A DNA stretch of 64,000 nt, from positions 4,270,699 through 4,334,698 of the forward strand of contig CM082581.2 in NCBI GenBank assembly GCA_040954595.2, read 5' to 3'. Source of the DNA: Balanoglossus misakiensis. Taxonomy: Eukaryota; Animalia; Hemichordata. Below are positions 47,929-60,294 of the stretch, piece after piece (within the stretch, counting starts at the first letter, position 1; each line of letters begins with the position of its first letter). The notes below the pieces were generated by a model. That model saw only the letters and a program-made list of their open reading frames with translations, made no database searches and was not told where the DNA came from. Made by a program: the position numbers and the translations under genes.

Positions 47929-49326
47929 CTATGAGAGAGTCTAGCCCTGCTCACACCCCTAAAGCACCAGTTCCACCCCTCCCCTCCCCTCCTGACTCTC
48001 AGTCTGGAATCTCGCCCCAGACTCTAGCACTCACTGGTGAGTGGCAAGTCTCCATGGAGTATATACCAATTTCCCATATATTAATCTGAGACAAAGGATT
48101 TGTCATTAAAAAATAGGCCTTAATGTAATAATAATAATCAAGATGAAGAAACCATTTGAAAATTGACATTCAGCCCTTTTTCAATTTTCTTTTTTGAAGA
48201 TGCAAAATGGTTTATTGGTTGGCTGAAATGTGCCACGTATTGTTGAGGGCAGTATTGCAGATGTAGAACAGATTTCTACAAAAAGAATCATGAATCACAA
48301 TCATACTTTGAGTGATTGTGGGTTACCTGAAATGCCAACTACCACAAAATTAAATGAATTTTCGTTGCGGTACAAAATTCCACTTTTAATAGGCATAAAA
48401 TGGTTACATTGTATGCAAATTCCATACATTAAAGGGATTCCCAAGGAGTCATTGATATCATATCAATGGATATAAGTTACAAAAAATATTTTATCTGATC
48501 AGTGTCAATCATCTGACAGTGGGTCACTTTACAAATTGATGACAGAATTCATGAAAAATACTGAATCAAACATTTATATTACACTATTAATGTTTATACA
48601 ATTGGCAGGAAAATACACTGTTTCCATCTCCCTGTCTTGTGACACTGAATCGAAATCTGTAGTAATTCCGTCCCTGTCAAAAATGGTCAATTTTGCATAA
48701 ATTGTAAAAAAAATACTGATCTCTTCCAACATTTTATAGCTATCATCAGCAATATGCTGTAATAGGCTTCGGCACACACCAAATTCTTTATATTTTTATA
48801 CCCGCTTTGCACAATTAAGAATTCATATGATTAACCCTACCACTACAATATCTAGGACTTTTAAAAAAAATAATTTAAATTTACCGATAGTTCATTCATT
48901 TTCAATCTACAAATTGAAAGCAGCAGACACATGTTGATATTGTAAATTGAATGTTTCATCCATCTTTAAAAAACTGTGAGTTTGCATTCCATGCCAATTA
49001 TTGTGAGAAGGGGGAAAACAATACTTGGACATACCAGATTAGTTGATGCTAAATGTCAAGCAAACTTATTGCTGCAGTAATAGAGGCAAGACAACAGCTT
49101 TACTACCTACTCCAATCAAGGTGAGTATTCCTTCTAGGATACACTGTATGGATTCTTGACAAATTTGTAGATTTTCTTGAAATTTAAGATGCAGTTAGTT
49201 CAAGCTTAGGTCTTCAGTGGGGAATCACCAAAGTCCTTTCGAATTATTAAAAGAGTTACAGTTCATATAAGAATATACTGACTGTTTATGTCCTTGTAAA
49301 TTTGTCGTAAAAGTTGAAGGATGCGA

Positions 49327-52300
49327 TCAAAGACCGGTATAGACTGGTTCTTTCTCTGCGCTCTCCGTAATCAACGGTTTAATTTCTTCCGAGTCACCTC
49401 GCAGTTTTCGCCTCTGTCTGACCTTGTACAACGCTATTCCCACAATGCAACTGAAAACTACCAGACATGCTGCGCTTATAAGTATGTAGAGCCCCGTGGT
49501 TGCCGTGCATTTCTGAAATGAAGAAATATGAAAGAACAGTTTCAAGAAAAATCCATCGATTCATGCCAAGCGTCACACACGACCTTGCTTACCCAAACGA
49601 TTGACACGATGCTGTCTACATAAATACAAAGAGACACAAGTAAACAAGTGTTGTGCGTGATAGTCATCTGCAAGTTTTCGACGCCCATCACAGTACGTCA
49701 GCAGACCGTACGATTCCACACAACCGCTTTGATGCCATGGACAGGCCCTTTTGAAAATTAGTTGTCCAAACAGATTTGTTCTTAGTTTAGGCACAGATTT
49801 CATTCAAAAACTGTAAAAGATGTGAAAAAAATCACAAAGATCTATCCCTATTGAAGTTATAGTATGGTGTGCCCACTTGGTCTGTTGCATTTGACAACTT
49901 TCCAAGCATTTGACTTCTCTTACTGTGACATATCTATCCTATGCATCTAACTAGTAGTAATGACATTTTCTTACTTTTCCTTTAAAAACAAATAAGGATT
50001 TACATCTCAGAGGTGCACTGCTACCAGCTGGGCAATGAGCATCTGCAGGACAGGTTTCTGGTGTACAACTGGGACACTGAAATAAACAATCATGGTCATA
50101 CATCATTTGCATCAGATCATCTCCATCAAAGTATAACATCTTTCAAAACACCGCATCCATCGATATGTAGATTATATAATAAAAGGCATGCAATTTGAAT
50201 CAGGGTTTCAACACTGTTGATTTTTAGCTCCTGTCACACTTTACAACTGATTTGTATAGTTCCAGCCATGATAACTTAATTTGAAACAGTTCTCATCCAC
50301 AAACCAGCAATTTCAATCACCAATGTGATATGTGCAATGTTTCTTAAGTTTTTGCAGAGGACAGATGAACACATCTGACAGGCAGACACTTATAGCCTTC
50401 ATCAAGAGTGCATTTACCACACACTATGACCAACAGAGGTAAATATAAATTAAAAGTGCCACTCACAGGACAGAAGTAGCCCTCTGGACATTCCAGACAT
50501 GTCTCTTGTCCTTCCTTGGTCTGGTACCATCCCGACTGGCATGTTGTACACAACACAGTGCTCGTCTTCTCCTTGTAATAACCTTTGGAACATTTGGAGC
50601 ACGACCATGACCCTGCAGTTCGAGCCTCATGGCCAGGTGGACAACCTTGGCAAACAATGCAACCTGTCTCGTTGCAGAACGACCCCACAGGGCAAAGGTC
50701 ACACTTGGATTGACCCGTGTGTAATTGATGAGTTCCATTTTTGCATAGTGTACATTGTGTGGAGTTCATCTGGTCAGTGTATGAACCTGAAATTCAATCA
50801 AATTTACATCAATATTTGAAAAACTCAAAAGAACTGCAACTTACAATAACTGATATGGCTAGATGACATGATGAGTGTGTTCTTGGTGAACAACGCATCA
50901 TCATTGTTGATATCTGTGATTTGTGTTACCTGTGTCTGTTTTACTCCAAGAATACTTACCTTCAATTTTACAAATCTACATTAAATGACTAGATGAGAAA
51001 TTAAGAAGAAGCTATCAATGTGGTTTTGCTTTGTTACATATCTCTTCAGGCTTGGTTTGTCAGGAAAATAAGTTTTGGTACCTACACCATAAAAGATCCC
51101 TACAAGTCTCTTTAACAGGTGGCATTATGATTGATGGGTAAAAAGATTGTGTCTGTGAAAAAATGACAACAATGTAAAAGTCAATTTCAACCACTCCTGT
51201 TTGTGACCACATTTGATGAGGTCAGATGTATATCTCTCTCGCTACTTTACCTTGAAAACATGGCTGACATTGTGCTTGAGCAGTCAGATTGTTATAGTAA
51301 CCCTGGTCACATTTGGAACATATTGGACACCCAGGTATTCTGCAGAATATGAATAAAAATACTGTGAGTACAGTAAGTATATTTGAGTAGATGGTAGAAA
51401 AAACTCAATGACACAAATTGATACAAGTGAAATATATAAGTGAAAGTCAGCATATCAGCGATGAGTTTTCATCCAAAAAAAAAAAAATCCAAAAAAAAAT
51501 CATAACCAATTGACTGCATGCCCAGTGGCCATAATTAGTATCACGACAAGAACTGACATGCTTGTGTATGCCATAATACATTGTCATTCTACAGAGTTTG
51601 AATTGAACTGGTTCAGGAAAGTCTGAGTAATGGCTCCACTATATTCACAGACAATTGTTCACCTTCAAGGCCCATTTACAGGTATATAGATCCGGAAATC
51701 AGTGCAAGAACTGATGGCATATAAACATGAAATCTCCAGTGATATTTCACACTAAGCGTGGTGATATTCATTTTGAATGTCACTAGAGGGAGGTGATATC
51801 TATATAGTTATTTTACATAACTATGTCTTAAAACATAACTTTACCTATTTTGAAACATAATCTTACTTTGCATGAATGTTGATGAATATAGAATCTTTGA
51901 AAAGACCTCAGATGCATTCAAGACCCATCCTACTTACTTTGTATAAAATCCTTGCGGACATTCCTTACATTGGATTTCTCCACCTTCATCTTGATAATAG
52001 CCCGGATTGCACGGAAGACAGTGTGTCGCATTTGTTACATTATTATAGTAACCAGCTGCACACGGACGACAGGCAGCTTGTCCAGATTTATTGCTATAGA
52101 AACCTGCATCACATGGTTCACACTCTATGTTTCCTGTTGAACTAAAAATATATCAACTGAGATTATTTTATTTGTTTTGAAATATCGTTCTACAAACTGC
52201 TTTCGGTCTCTCTGATATTCCAATTGAAAATTTGGCAAAGTGTAAGTGACATCAGCTCAGCAGCTGTGTTATAATTTATTGCTGTGTCCCAGTTGGGCTC

Positions 52301-54971
52301 TAAGTTTAAATCGGTATTGTTTTCAACCTCCTTATTTTCACATCTGAAAATTCTTATTGAAATATACCATCATATATTTTTCTCACTCAATGATAGTGCA
52401 GGCCATTCTTAGCTGGCTCATAAGTCTTGAATAGTTTTATTTCATTGCATGTTAAGGGTACAAACCACATTATACTAATAATTGCATCATGGGTAATATC
52501 ATCAACAACTGTTTACTCTCAAAGTAAGTTTGAAGAGATACTATTATACCTGTATTTCATGATTTGTGTCTAAAAATACTGTCTTTGTAGTTAGTATATG
52601 ACAGTCGTGTACATGTATAATTGTTTTAACTTTTTGTCAATATTTCCTGCCACATAATATCAGTATTGACCCAACATAAAATTAACTTATTAACTTCCAT
52701 TATAATTGTTAAATATACATGTAGCTGAGGTAGAAAAGAACCTATTTATAAAGTTAGAGATTATCAGTGGAGATTGGGTTCTGCAGCAATCTGAAGATGT
52801 TATTTTGCACTTACTTGACAGCATATCCATGCTGACATGGAACACATTTTGTTTGGTTTACTTTGGGTTGAAAATGGCCTATGGGACAATCCGTACAGGC
52901 CTCTGTTACATTACACATCCCTTCATAGCAACAAACACATGAGTTACTTGCTGTGGAAGAAACAGAAGAATAATTGGTGAGGATTTATTGAACTTCTTGT
53001 AATATTCTCCCTCCTATCACATGCTGTCAAGATTTGAATGAAAACACTGACAAATCAAATCAAACTTCTAATTTAACTCATCATAATACAATGTATAATG
53101 GTTTATTACTCACTGTGGTTGGAGAATGTGCCTTGACCACATTGTGTGCAGTTATTAGGGTCGATATCTGTACAATCTTCAGATATTGTGCTTCTTTTAA
53201 ACAGACGATACACCGGATTATATAACGACATAGGCCATGGTGACCAACTTGCAACGCCAACTGTAAGTGTAAATTTGAAGAAAATAAATTCATTAACGTT
53301 TTTAGTTTCACCCCCATTTCCCTCTATAGAGATCCAACTTTATGATAGGAAACAATGGATTTGGACCAAACCATGGTGGTGAAAGGGTTAAAGCATGGTC
53401 CCTCTGTTGAGGGACCGTGATTAAACCCACTGCAGCTGACCAAAAAGTACCATGCATTCTTCAGAGAGATGCTTTCAATTTCCCAGCACTAAGCTATAAT
53501 TTCTTTGAAAATGTTCTTATTTCAATCCTTGGTAATATACTTGGTAATATTCATGTGACTTGCAAATCATAAATTATTCATAAAAATCAAAGTCATAGTC
53601 ACCATTGCCAAAGTTTGAAAATTGCCAGTGGCCACATTTGGTAAGCTTTAAAAAAATATAAGTTGCCCCTTTGATTTCAAACCATCACATTGAAAAAATG
53701 CAAAAAGATACAAATAAATGGGACTTTCAAACATCTTTAAACAACCAGAAAAATGTAAAGACTAACATAGTGTACTGTTTGAATGGAAAATTGGGCCATT
53801 TCCTCATTGTTTGCAGTAATATTTTTGTATTATCCGATTATTTAGGACAGCATATAGACTTATACACTCTTGTTGGCTTTCTGTGTAAGTTGAACTTGAA
53901 GTAATTTTTTTGCATTGGAGCTGAATCAGGACGTACTGACATGTGATATGGTTGAGTAGTCTTTGAAGGTATAAAATTCAATCATTAAATCCTGTACAGA
54001 AACAAACCTGTGTTGATAATCATGTAGTCATCAGACAGTATACAACATATGCAGTGTATATTTTACATTATGAATCTGACTCAACACAAATAGTCACATG
54101 CTTTTCATGTGCACCAAAAGTTCTTGTGTTGGAGTTTGTACTTCCAGCAAGTGCTATTTTCACTCCTAGTATGTGAGACACCCCCCCCCCCCCCCCTGCA
54201 TGTAGGAGATAAACAGATTGAGAAAGAGGGCGGTGCCAATCATTGCCTATATCTGATGATGCCCACTGGCACTTGAACTAACAACTAAAATTATTCAGGT
54301 CACTACAGGTATTGAAATGATTGTGATTATTGTGTTTTTATATACAGTTACAACAACTCCATGCATTGTAACCCACAGCTGCAATTAAAACCATTTAGTC
54401 AGTGCAGTTTTTTGTTCAAATGCCGGGATCAGGATTAAACGTCCAGCATTCAGCTTATCAATACAACATGTGTAAGTGTATAGTCAGCATTGTTATTGTG
54501 CAACATTTGGATTCCAGTCTGGAATAGAATTCATTTGTCAACAATAACAATGATACACACACAGGCTATGTTGACAGGTAGAGTACTGGATATTATTAAC
54601 ATGCTGTGTTGAGTAGAGCAAGAAATTGCGTTTGATCATGGAGGTACTAGCCACTGAACAAAATACTCAGCCAAAAGTTACAGCTAATGTCCCTTTAAAA
54701 CGGCTACTACAACTCCAACTTCAAATAGGGAACATGTATGACAAACTCTTCTTGTTTTATCGAGAAATACACGATTGTTTCTTATAAACTTTGTTACGTA
54801 ACACAATATATAAGTAAGATCATAACAAAAACATGTCTTGAGAGTCAGAGTTTAGTCTCGGGGCCACTTGCAAGTTGCAGTGCACGTCCGATTTGTATCC
54901 CAGCCAGCTGCAGACTTACCTTGTGCAAACGTTACGCAGACAAAACAACAAATGAACACTTTGAACTTCAT
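49327..54971 (-). CDS. Uncharacterised single-pass type I membrane protein with signal peptide and tandem cysteine-rich (GCC2_GCC3/ephrin-receptor-like, TNFR-like) repeats; 7 exons: 54920-54971, 52815-52950, 51938-52141, 51251-51339, 50467-50786, 49975-50076, 49327-49512 (~362 aa)
   Basis: Signal peptide MKFKVFICCFVCVTFAQ. Repeated CxxCxxGxY/F units (CEPCDAGFYS, CRPCAAGYYN, CLPCNPGYYQ, CKECPQGFYT, CSKCDQGYYN, CLECPEGYFC). TM segment LYILISAACLVVFSCIVGIALY, stop-transfer KVRQRRK, short tail ending YTGL*. Exon phases are consistent. Confidence 0.85.
53305..53387. mobile_element. ~80-90 bp piggyBac-like mini-MITE
   Basis: TTTCACCCCC...GGAAACAATGGATTTGGACCAAACCATGGTGGTGAAAGGG|TTAA. Confidence 0.7.
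54400..54694. mobile_element. Copy of the 19621-19972 MITE family in intron 1 of the Cys-rich gene
   Basis: Colinear similarity to 19680-19972, ending CAGCTAATGTCCCT|TTAA. Confidence 0.65.
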
Positions 54972-55222
54972 TTTAGTATCTTCACAGGCGTATCTTATGT
55001 TGTACGGCTAAATCTCCCAAACTTCTAGTCACCCTTCCGATCATTTTGCAAGTAAACGCAATCATTACACGTACTGCATGACAAAATCCATCTCCACAAG
55101 TACAACAGGTCATGTGTTCAACCAGTCATGTGACTTGTGAATGACCTTGAGGTCCCTTGAGGTCATTCTTGCTCGATGCTGCGAGTATACAAGTGCGCCA
55201 CCATGCGTCAGGAAACTTCAAA
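54972..55222. promoter_or_regulatory. Compact bidirectional promoter shared by the Cys-rich membrane protein gene and the Pol X gene
   Basis: Divergent ATGs ~250 bp apart. M-box/CLEAR-like TCATGTG (55110-55116) and GTCATGTGAC (55125-55134), nuclear-receptor half-site TGACCTTGA (55142-55150), and YY1-like AAAATGGC overlapping the Pol X ATG. Confidence 0.65.
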
Positions 55223-58200
55223 ATGGCAGCACCAGCAAGTAAACGTCGCCGCAAAGGATGTGATGTCCCGGAACAACCCTCCGCTAAATATCCTGATGTT
55301 TTGTTGTTTATAGTTGATAGAAATATTCCAAAAGTACGTCACCGGCATTTAAAGACGATTGCTCGGAAGAAAGGGATACCAGTCGCCGAGAAATTGGGGT
55401 AACTACTAATTAATTCGCAACCGACTTCTGATTGGCCATTTCCACACATCTGCGGTAGACTACAGCAACCAGCTGTGATTGGTCAATTACGCTCTGAACT
55501 CTTGGAACAGGTGTGCAAAGTAGTCGCTCCAGAAAATTTGACCCGGTCGCCGATGTTTGATCTCTGATGCATCTCATAAAAACTAGGCTGTACTACACAT
55601 TTTTTTGGGGGGGGGGGGGGGGGGGGCTTAACAGGAGAAATACAATTTGTCCCTTTTACACAAGCATGAGAGATGTGGGTAAGGAGGGGTGAACTGACAT
55701 TTTGATATGATTGGCTACACTACTAATAGGCCAATAAAAATCACATAATTGTAATTGATGGGGTCTTCTGTGTCCTCATTCTGGCATTCATACCTTAATT
55801 AATTTCTAACTTTCATTTTTTTTAACCAGAAAGGAAGTCACTCACATTGTATCTGAATTGGAAACTCGGGAAAAAGTAATAGAAGTTTTGAGAAAACAAT
55901 TCAAAGGAGACTTCATCAATGACAATGCAGAAGTGCTATCGATGGATTGGTTTACAGCCACCATGGAAGAAAGCAAGGTCGTGGAAGTCACTGATAAACA
56001 CAGGTTGCCTAGGGAACAAAAGGTGTGATTGTTTGAAAATCAATGTTCCAGCATTTGCCAAAGGAATACATTATGGTAGTTTCTTGTCCTCCAGTTTATA
56101 GTCTCAGTGGCACTCCCAGGGAAGATGGGACTACTTTTTGTCAATTACTTGGTCGGTGAAAGTGTTAGAAAGTCTATCAGTCACTAGGTTTACTCGCAAA
56201 ATTCTCAACCTTAAACAGGGATTTTTGGGGGGTCTAAGTTTTTCCTTTATTTCACAAAAAGAAACTTTTTCTAAGTCTATGCTGTAGTAGAAACAGAAAG
56301 TTTCAAAAGTACCTTATGTTTTTGAAATAATCAGACTTAAGTTCTCAATCATAGTCTCGTTATCTTTGCAGCCCATTGAAGAAAGCCAGCCAAAGGAGGA
56401 AGAGTTCCAAATTGCAAAATATGCTTGCCAAAGGAAAACACCATTAAAACATTTTAACAAAAAATTTACAGTAAGTAAAAAAACTGCTGACTATCGGACA
56501 ACCAGCTGCATTCAACGTTCACTATCTGGAACTTTTGATTATTTTTTTCTGTTTTTTTTTTGTTCTATATCAAGCACATTTTCTTGTCTGGCTTCCTACA
56601 GCAGGATTTAATGCCTATAGTCTTTATCTTCTTAACATTTTTTTCTATGGATGTAAGTTATAGTGAAATGTAGTACAAGCTTCTTAAACTGTTTCTCATA
56701 TTTTGCTCAAGATATAGAAGGTTAAACCAGAAATTCTGTCTTAACCCTTTCACCACCATGGTTCAGACCAAACCCATTGTTGGACCATGCAATGTCTGTC
56801 GATATGTTGTCATTACTAGGATGCATTGGAAGTTCTTGAGAAGTATGCTGATTTGAGCGGCGGCGAGCAGGATTACTCCAGAGCCTTGGCATTCAGGAGA
56901 GCATCTGCAGCACTCAAATCTTTACCTAGAACTGTAACTAGTATCCAAGATGTTGCCAAGCTCTCGGACATTGGAAAACATTGCAGAGAAGTTATACAAG
57001 TAAGTTACAGTAGCTAACTATTGCTTGACACTTTGATGAAATGCTGAGTGGAGTTATATGTAGAACAGATAAATGTTTATCACCTTCCTTCTGTAATTTT
57101 GTGTCATGTACACACCTTATAGAAGCAACGGTGACAGCAGACCAGTTTCTCTTCTTTGGTACAGACTGACTTGGTAATCATTTTGAATTGATTTCAGATT
57201 AATGATACCTAAATAAAGTGTGATAATATGTGAATCCTGCCCCGCCTATGGAGCAGGGTTTGCTTACTATTTTCGAAACAGTGACATCACCTCTTGTGAA
57301 GAGGTGATTTATGGTGGAAACTCCTCAGTCAACATGCATGATTAGACAGTTAACTCAGCACTCTTCTGAGCTCACAGGGCTATTATGAAACAAGTGTTAT
57401 CAAGATAGAATTCTAGCAAGTTGTTGTGGGACAAGGTGGTTTGGAGTGATTTGGTTATGGGACCAAGTGACTTATGCTACATCTTGCCCACCCTATTCAT
57501 TTTCTTTTAGGAGATCCTAGAGGATGGTCACTCGACTGAAGTTGATGATATCCAATCCAAAGAGTGGTTTCACACAATGAAGGTATTGTTTGATGTCCAG
57601 TGATGTCAGTAACATTTTGTAGCAGCATCCTGTGAAAAGTCCACTTGTATGTACAAAATGTATGGCAAAAATGCTGCATGATTTCCTGTTGGAATTCATA
57701 CATTGAAAAGTCTTAATGACAAACTTCAAAACCAGATCTCAGATTTTCTTTTCACATCTTCTGTTTGTTTGTTTGTCTGTTATACGCTATTGAAAAGGTT
57801 ACACTAGGGTGCACTCTTGGTAAAAAAGAAATCACAGATCATCAAAGTTCATTTGAAAGCTGGAGGAAAAATGTTTATTATGTTTGCAAGAAAGAGCAAT
57901 GTGTTGGACACTCTTCCAGCCTTGGGTTTGTCAACCAGCGCTTCATGCGTCTAATCCAAGTATACTGACAGTTGTTCACAGGTGTCTATGGATGCGGTCC
58001 AGCAACTGCACGGAAATGGTACGATATGGGACTGAGGACTTTGAAAGATCTAACATCAAGTGAGAAAATCAATCTCACTAAAGACCAGACAAAAGGTAAA
58101 GGCAAAATTCCAATGATAAGAAACATGAAACAGTGGAGGCCCACAGAATGCAACTTTGTCACAGTGTAATACAGAATTCTGTGGTAACACGGTCGATCAT

Positions 58201-60294
58201 TCCAAAGATAATAATGAACTGTGTAATAGTTTGGGGTTATCAATCTACTAGTAAGTTTGGTTGATAAATTGTTTTATTCAAGTCATGTGGCTTTATAACA
58301 CACTTCATGCTCATTGTGTCTTGTGATTCGCTAGAATCAGTCACGTGTTCAAGACATACTGTCATGTGACTTACAAGAGCTCACATTCTGTGCATCATCT
58401 GGCAAAATATCAGCCAATGAGTCCTTATCTCTTGAACCTCCAGAGAAAAGGGCGAGATTTTTCAACATGGAACTTTTGGGATAGCGAAAATTTACCTAAG
58501 CACCACGTACATCTTTGTAGCCTACAATCGTAAAAGACATGGAAAGAGCAAGCGCTAGGAATATCTAGGTAACAGCATGAGTCGTGTTATAAGACACACA
58601 TTGCCTGGCGTATTTTCAAACTGTAGCACCCATTTATTACCCCTGGTGGCTAAATATTAATATTCATGATGTATGAAGATTAAGAACACACCACACATGG
58701 CATGTTTTGTATTCTTTTTTACAGGATTGCAATACTACCATGATTTACAAATACCAGTTGCCAGACGAGAAGCTGAAGCCGTCAGGAATCTAATCGTGGA
58801 AGAGTTGAATGAAATTGCAGATGGGTTGTCAGTGCTGATGACTGGAGGATTTATCAGGTAAAATGCTGTTGAAAACATTGAGTAACACCCATGCTCATTA
58901 ATGCAGTTAGTCACTTGTAGTAAATTAAATTATTGCCTTCTAAGATGTCATAATCATGATCACATGTTGAGCAGTGACCCGAGTTTCCTTGGTTAGTGTC
59001 CTTGACGTGCAAAATCAATTGTATCCAATTTTTTGAAATGTTAGAGGAAAAGGGTAGACTGTGTTTGACTGCGAGTTAGGAAAATGAAAAAAAACAGGAG
59101 TCTGGATTCTAGACACCCATGGTGCATACAAATTCTAGACACCCACGGTGCATACAAATTCTAGGTTTCAACTCTTCACAATTCAGTGAGTATATAGCGC
59201 TGTAATGTATAGTCACTGTCAAGTCTGCACCTCTGCGAAATGATATTTGTATTCTGACTTCTTTGTTCCTTCTCAGGGGCAAGGATTCAGGACACGACGC
59301 GGATTTCCTCATATCACACCCAGAGGAGGGAAAAGAATGCGGCGTTCTCAATAAACTGATTTCCCGTCTCACGGAAAAGGGTTTGATCCTGCATTGCAGC
59401 GGTCAAACGAGCACATTCAAGGCACAGTCGGCCAAGGCTCCCAAACATCACAAGAACAGCGTGCTGGATCAGTTCGAGAAATGCCTGACTATGCTTAAGC
59501 TGGAAGATTCGATGCTTGAGACTCGGACCACAGCGGCTGTGAAAGATACACAGGCCACGGACATCTCAGCAAAACAAGGCATAAGTGCAGGTGACTGGAA
59601 AGTGAGCGAAGACAAAATGCCATCAGTCAGTGGAACTCCAGAGGACGACAAACACTGGCGAGCGATCAGAGTTGATTTTGTGGTGTGCCCTGCTAGTCAA
59701 TATGCTTACGCCTTGCTGGGCTGGACAGGATCTCGAATGTTCAACCGGTCCATCAGACTCTACTCAGACAGAGAACTCAATATGACTCTCACCAGTCATG
59801 GACTCTATGATAGGAGTGGGGTAAGTATGGCCTACTTTAGTAATATCAATGTCATGTAAGTTCCAGGGTGGGCCCGCAGTTAGTAACACTAATTCGCAGT
59901 TTTTCAGTCTCTGGGCATGAAAGAAGATACATTGAGCTCACTTAATAATGCAATAAATCATAATTTATGTGATTGAAGCAGTGAGTATTAAGCTGTCAAG
60001 TAAAATAATTTATTGTCTTGGCTGATACCTTTTTGAACCCTGTATGTGTGAGGTATTATAATTTATAATTTATGATTCAACAAATTTCAGTGAGGAACAA
60101 AACATAACCTTTCACATGAATAAATGAAGACCCAATTACGGTACTAGTGAATTTTTTCCTATTATTTCATCATTGCATTGACTATGCTTTTTTCCGATGT
60201 TTTACAGCAAAGGTTCCTACCAGCATCATCTGAGAAAGAAATCTTCGAGCATTTGAAGCTGACATATCTGGAACCAGGAGACAGGAATTGCTAG
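55223..60294 (+). CDS. POLM: Family X DNA polymerase of the Pol mu / terminal deoxynucleotidyl transferase clade; 9 exons: 55223-55398, 55830-56022, 56372-56470, 56820-56999, 57511-57582, 57972-58095, 58725-58857, 59277-59820, 60208-60294 (~535 aa)
   Basis: NLS (KRRRK), BRCT (VTHIVSE...DWFTATM), YACQRKTPL, HhH GVYGCGPATARKW, TGGFIRGKDSGHDADFL (catalytic DxD), RAIRVDF (third Asp), ALLGWTGS (mu/TdT signature; beta/lambda have YFTGS), C-terminal YLEPGDRNC*. POLM versus DNTT orthology is not resolvable; it is probably a pro-orthologue of both. Confidence 0.9.
56745..56782. mobile_element. Half copy of the piggyBac-like mini-MITE
   Basis: TTAA|CCCTTTCACCACCATGGTTCAGACCAAACCCATTGTT. Confidence 0.6.
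59106..59164. repeat. 26-bp tandem repeat (~2.3 copies) in a Pol X intron
   Basis: ATTCTAGACACCCAYGGTGCATACAA x2 plus ATTCTAG. Confidence 0.85.

Noticed and set aside
53937-53991. 55-nt exon-like segment in intron 1 of the Cys-rich gene
   Set aside because: Not phase-compatible (gives GFND* after exon 1) and the donor TCA|GTACGT is modest. Exons 1 and 2 join in frame without it. A poison-exon role cannot be excluded.
57230-57330. Hairpin-rich segment GAGCAGGGTTTGCTTAC...CATCACCTCTTGTGAAGAGGTGAT resembling a retroelement remnant
   Set aside because: Too short and degenerate to assign without a database search.
58965-59030. Possible tRNA/SINE head (TTGGTTAGTGTCCTTGAC)
   Set aside because: No B-box or cloverleaf; not a tRNA gene.
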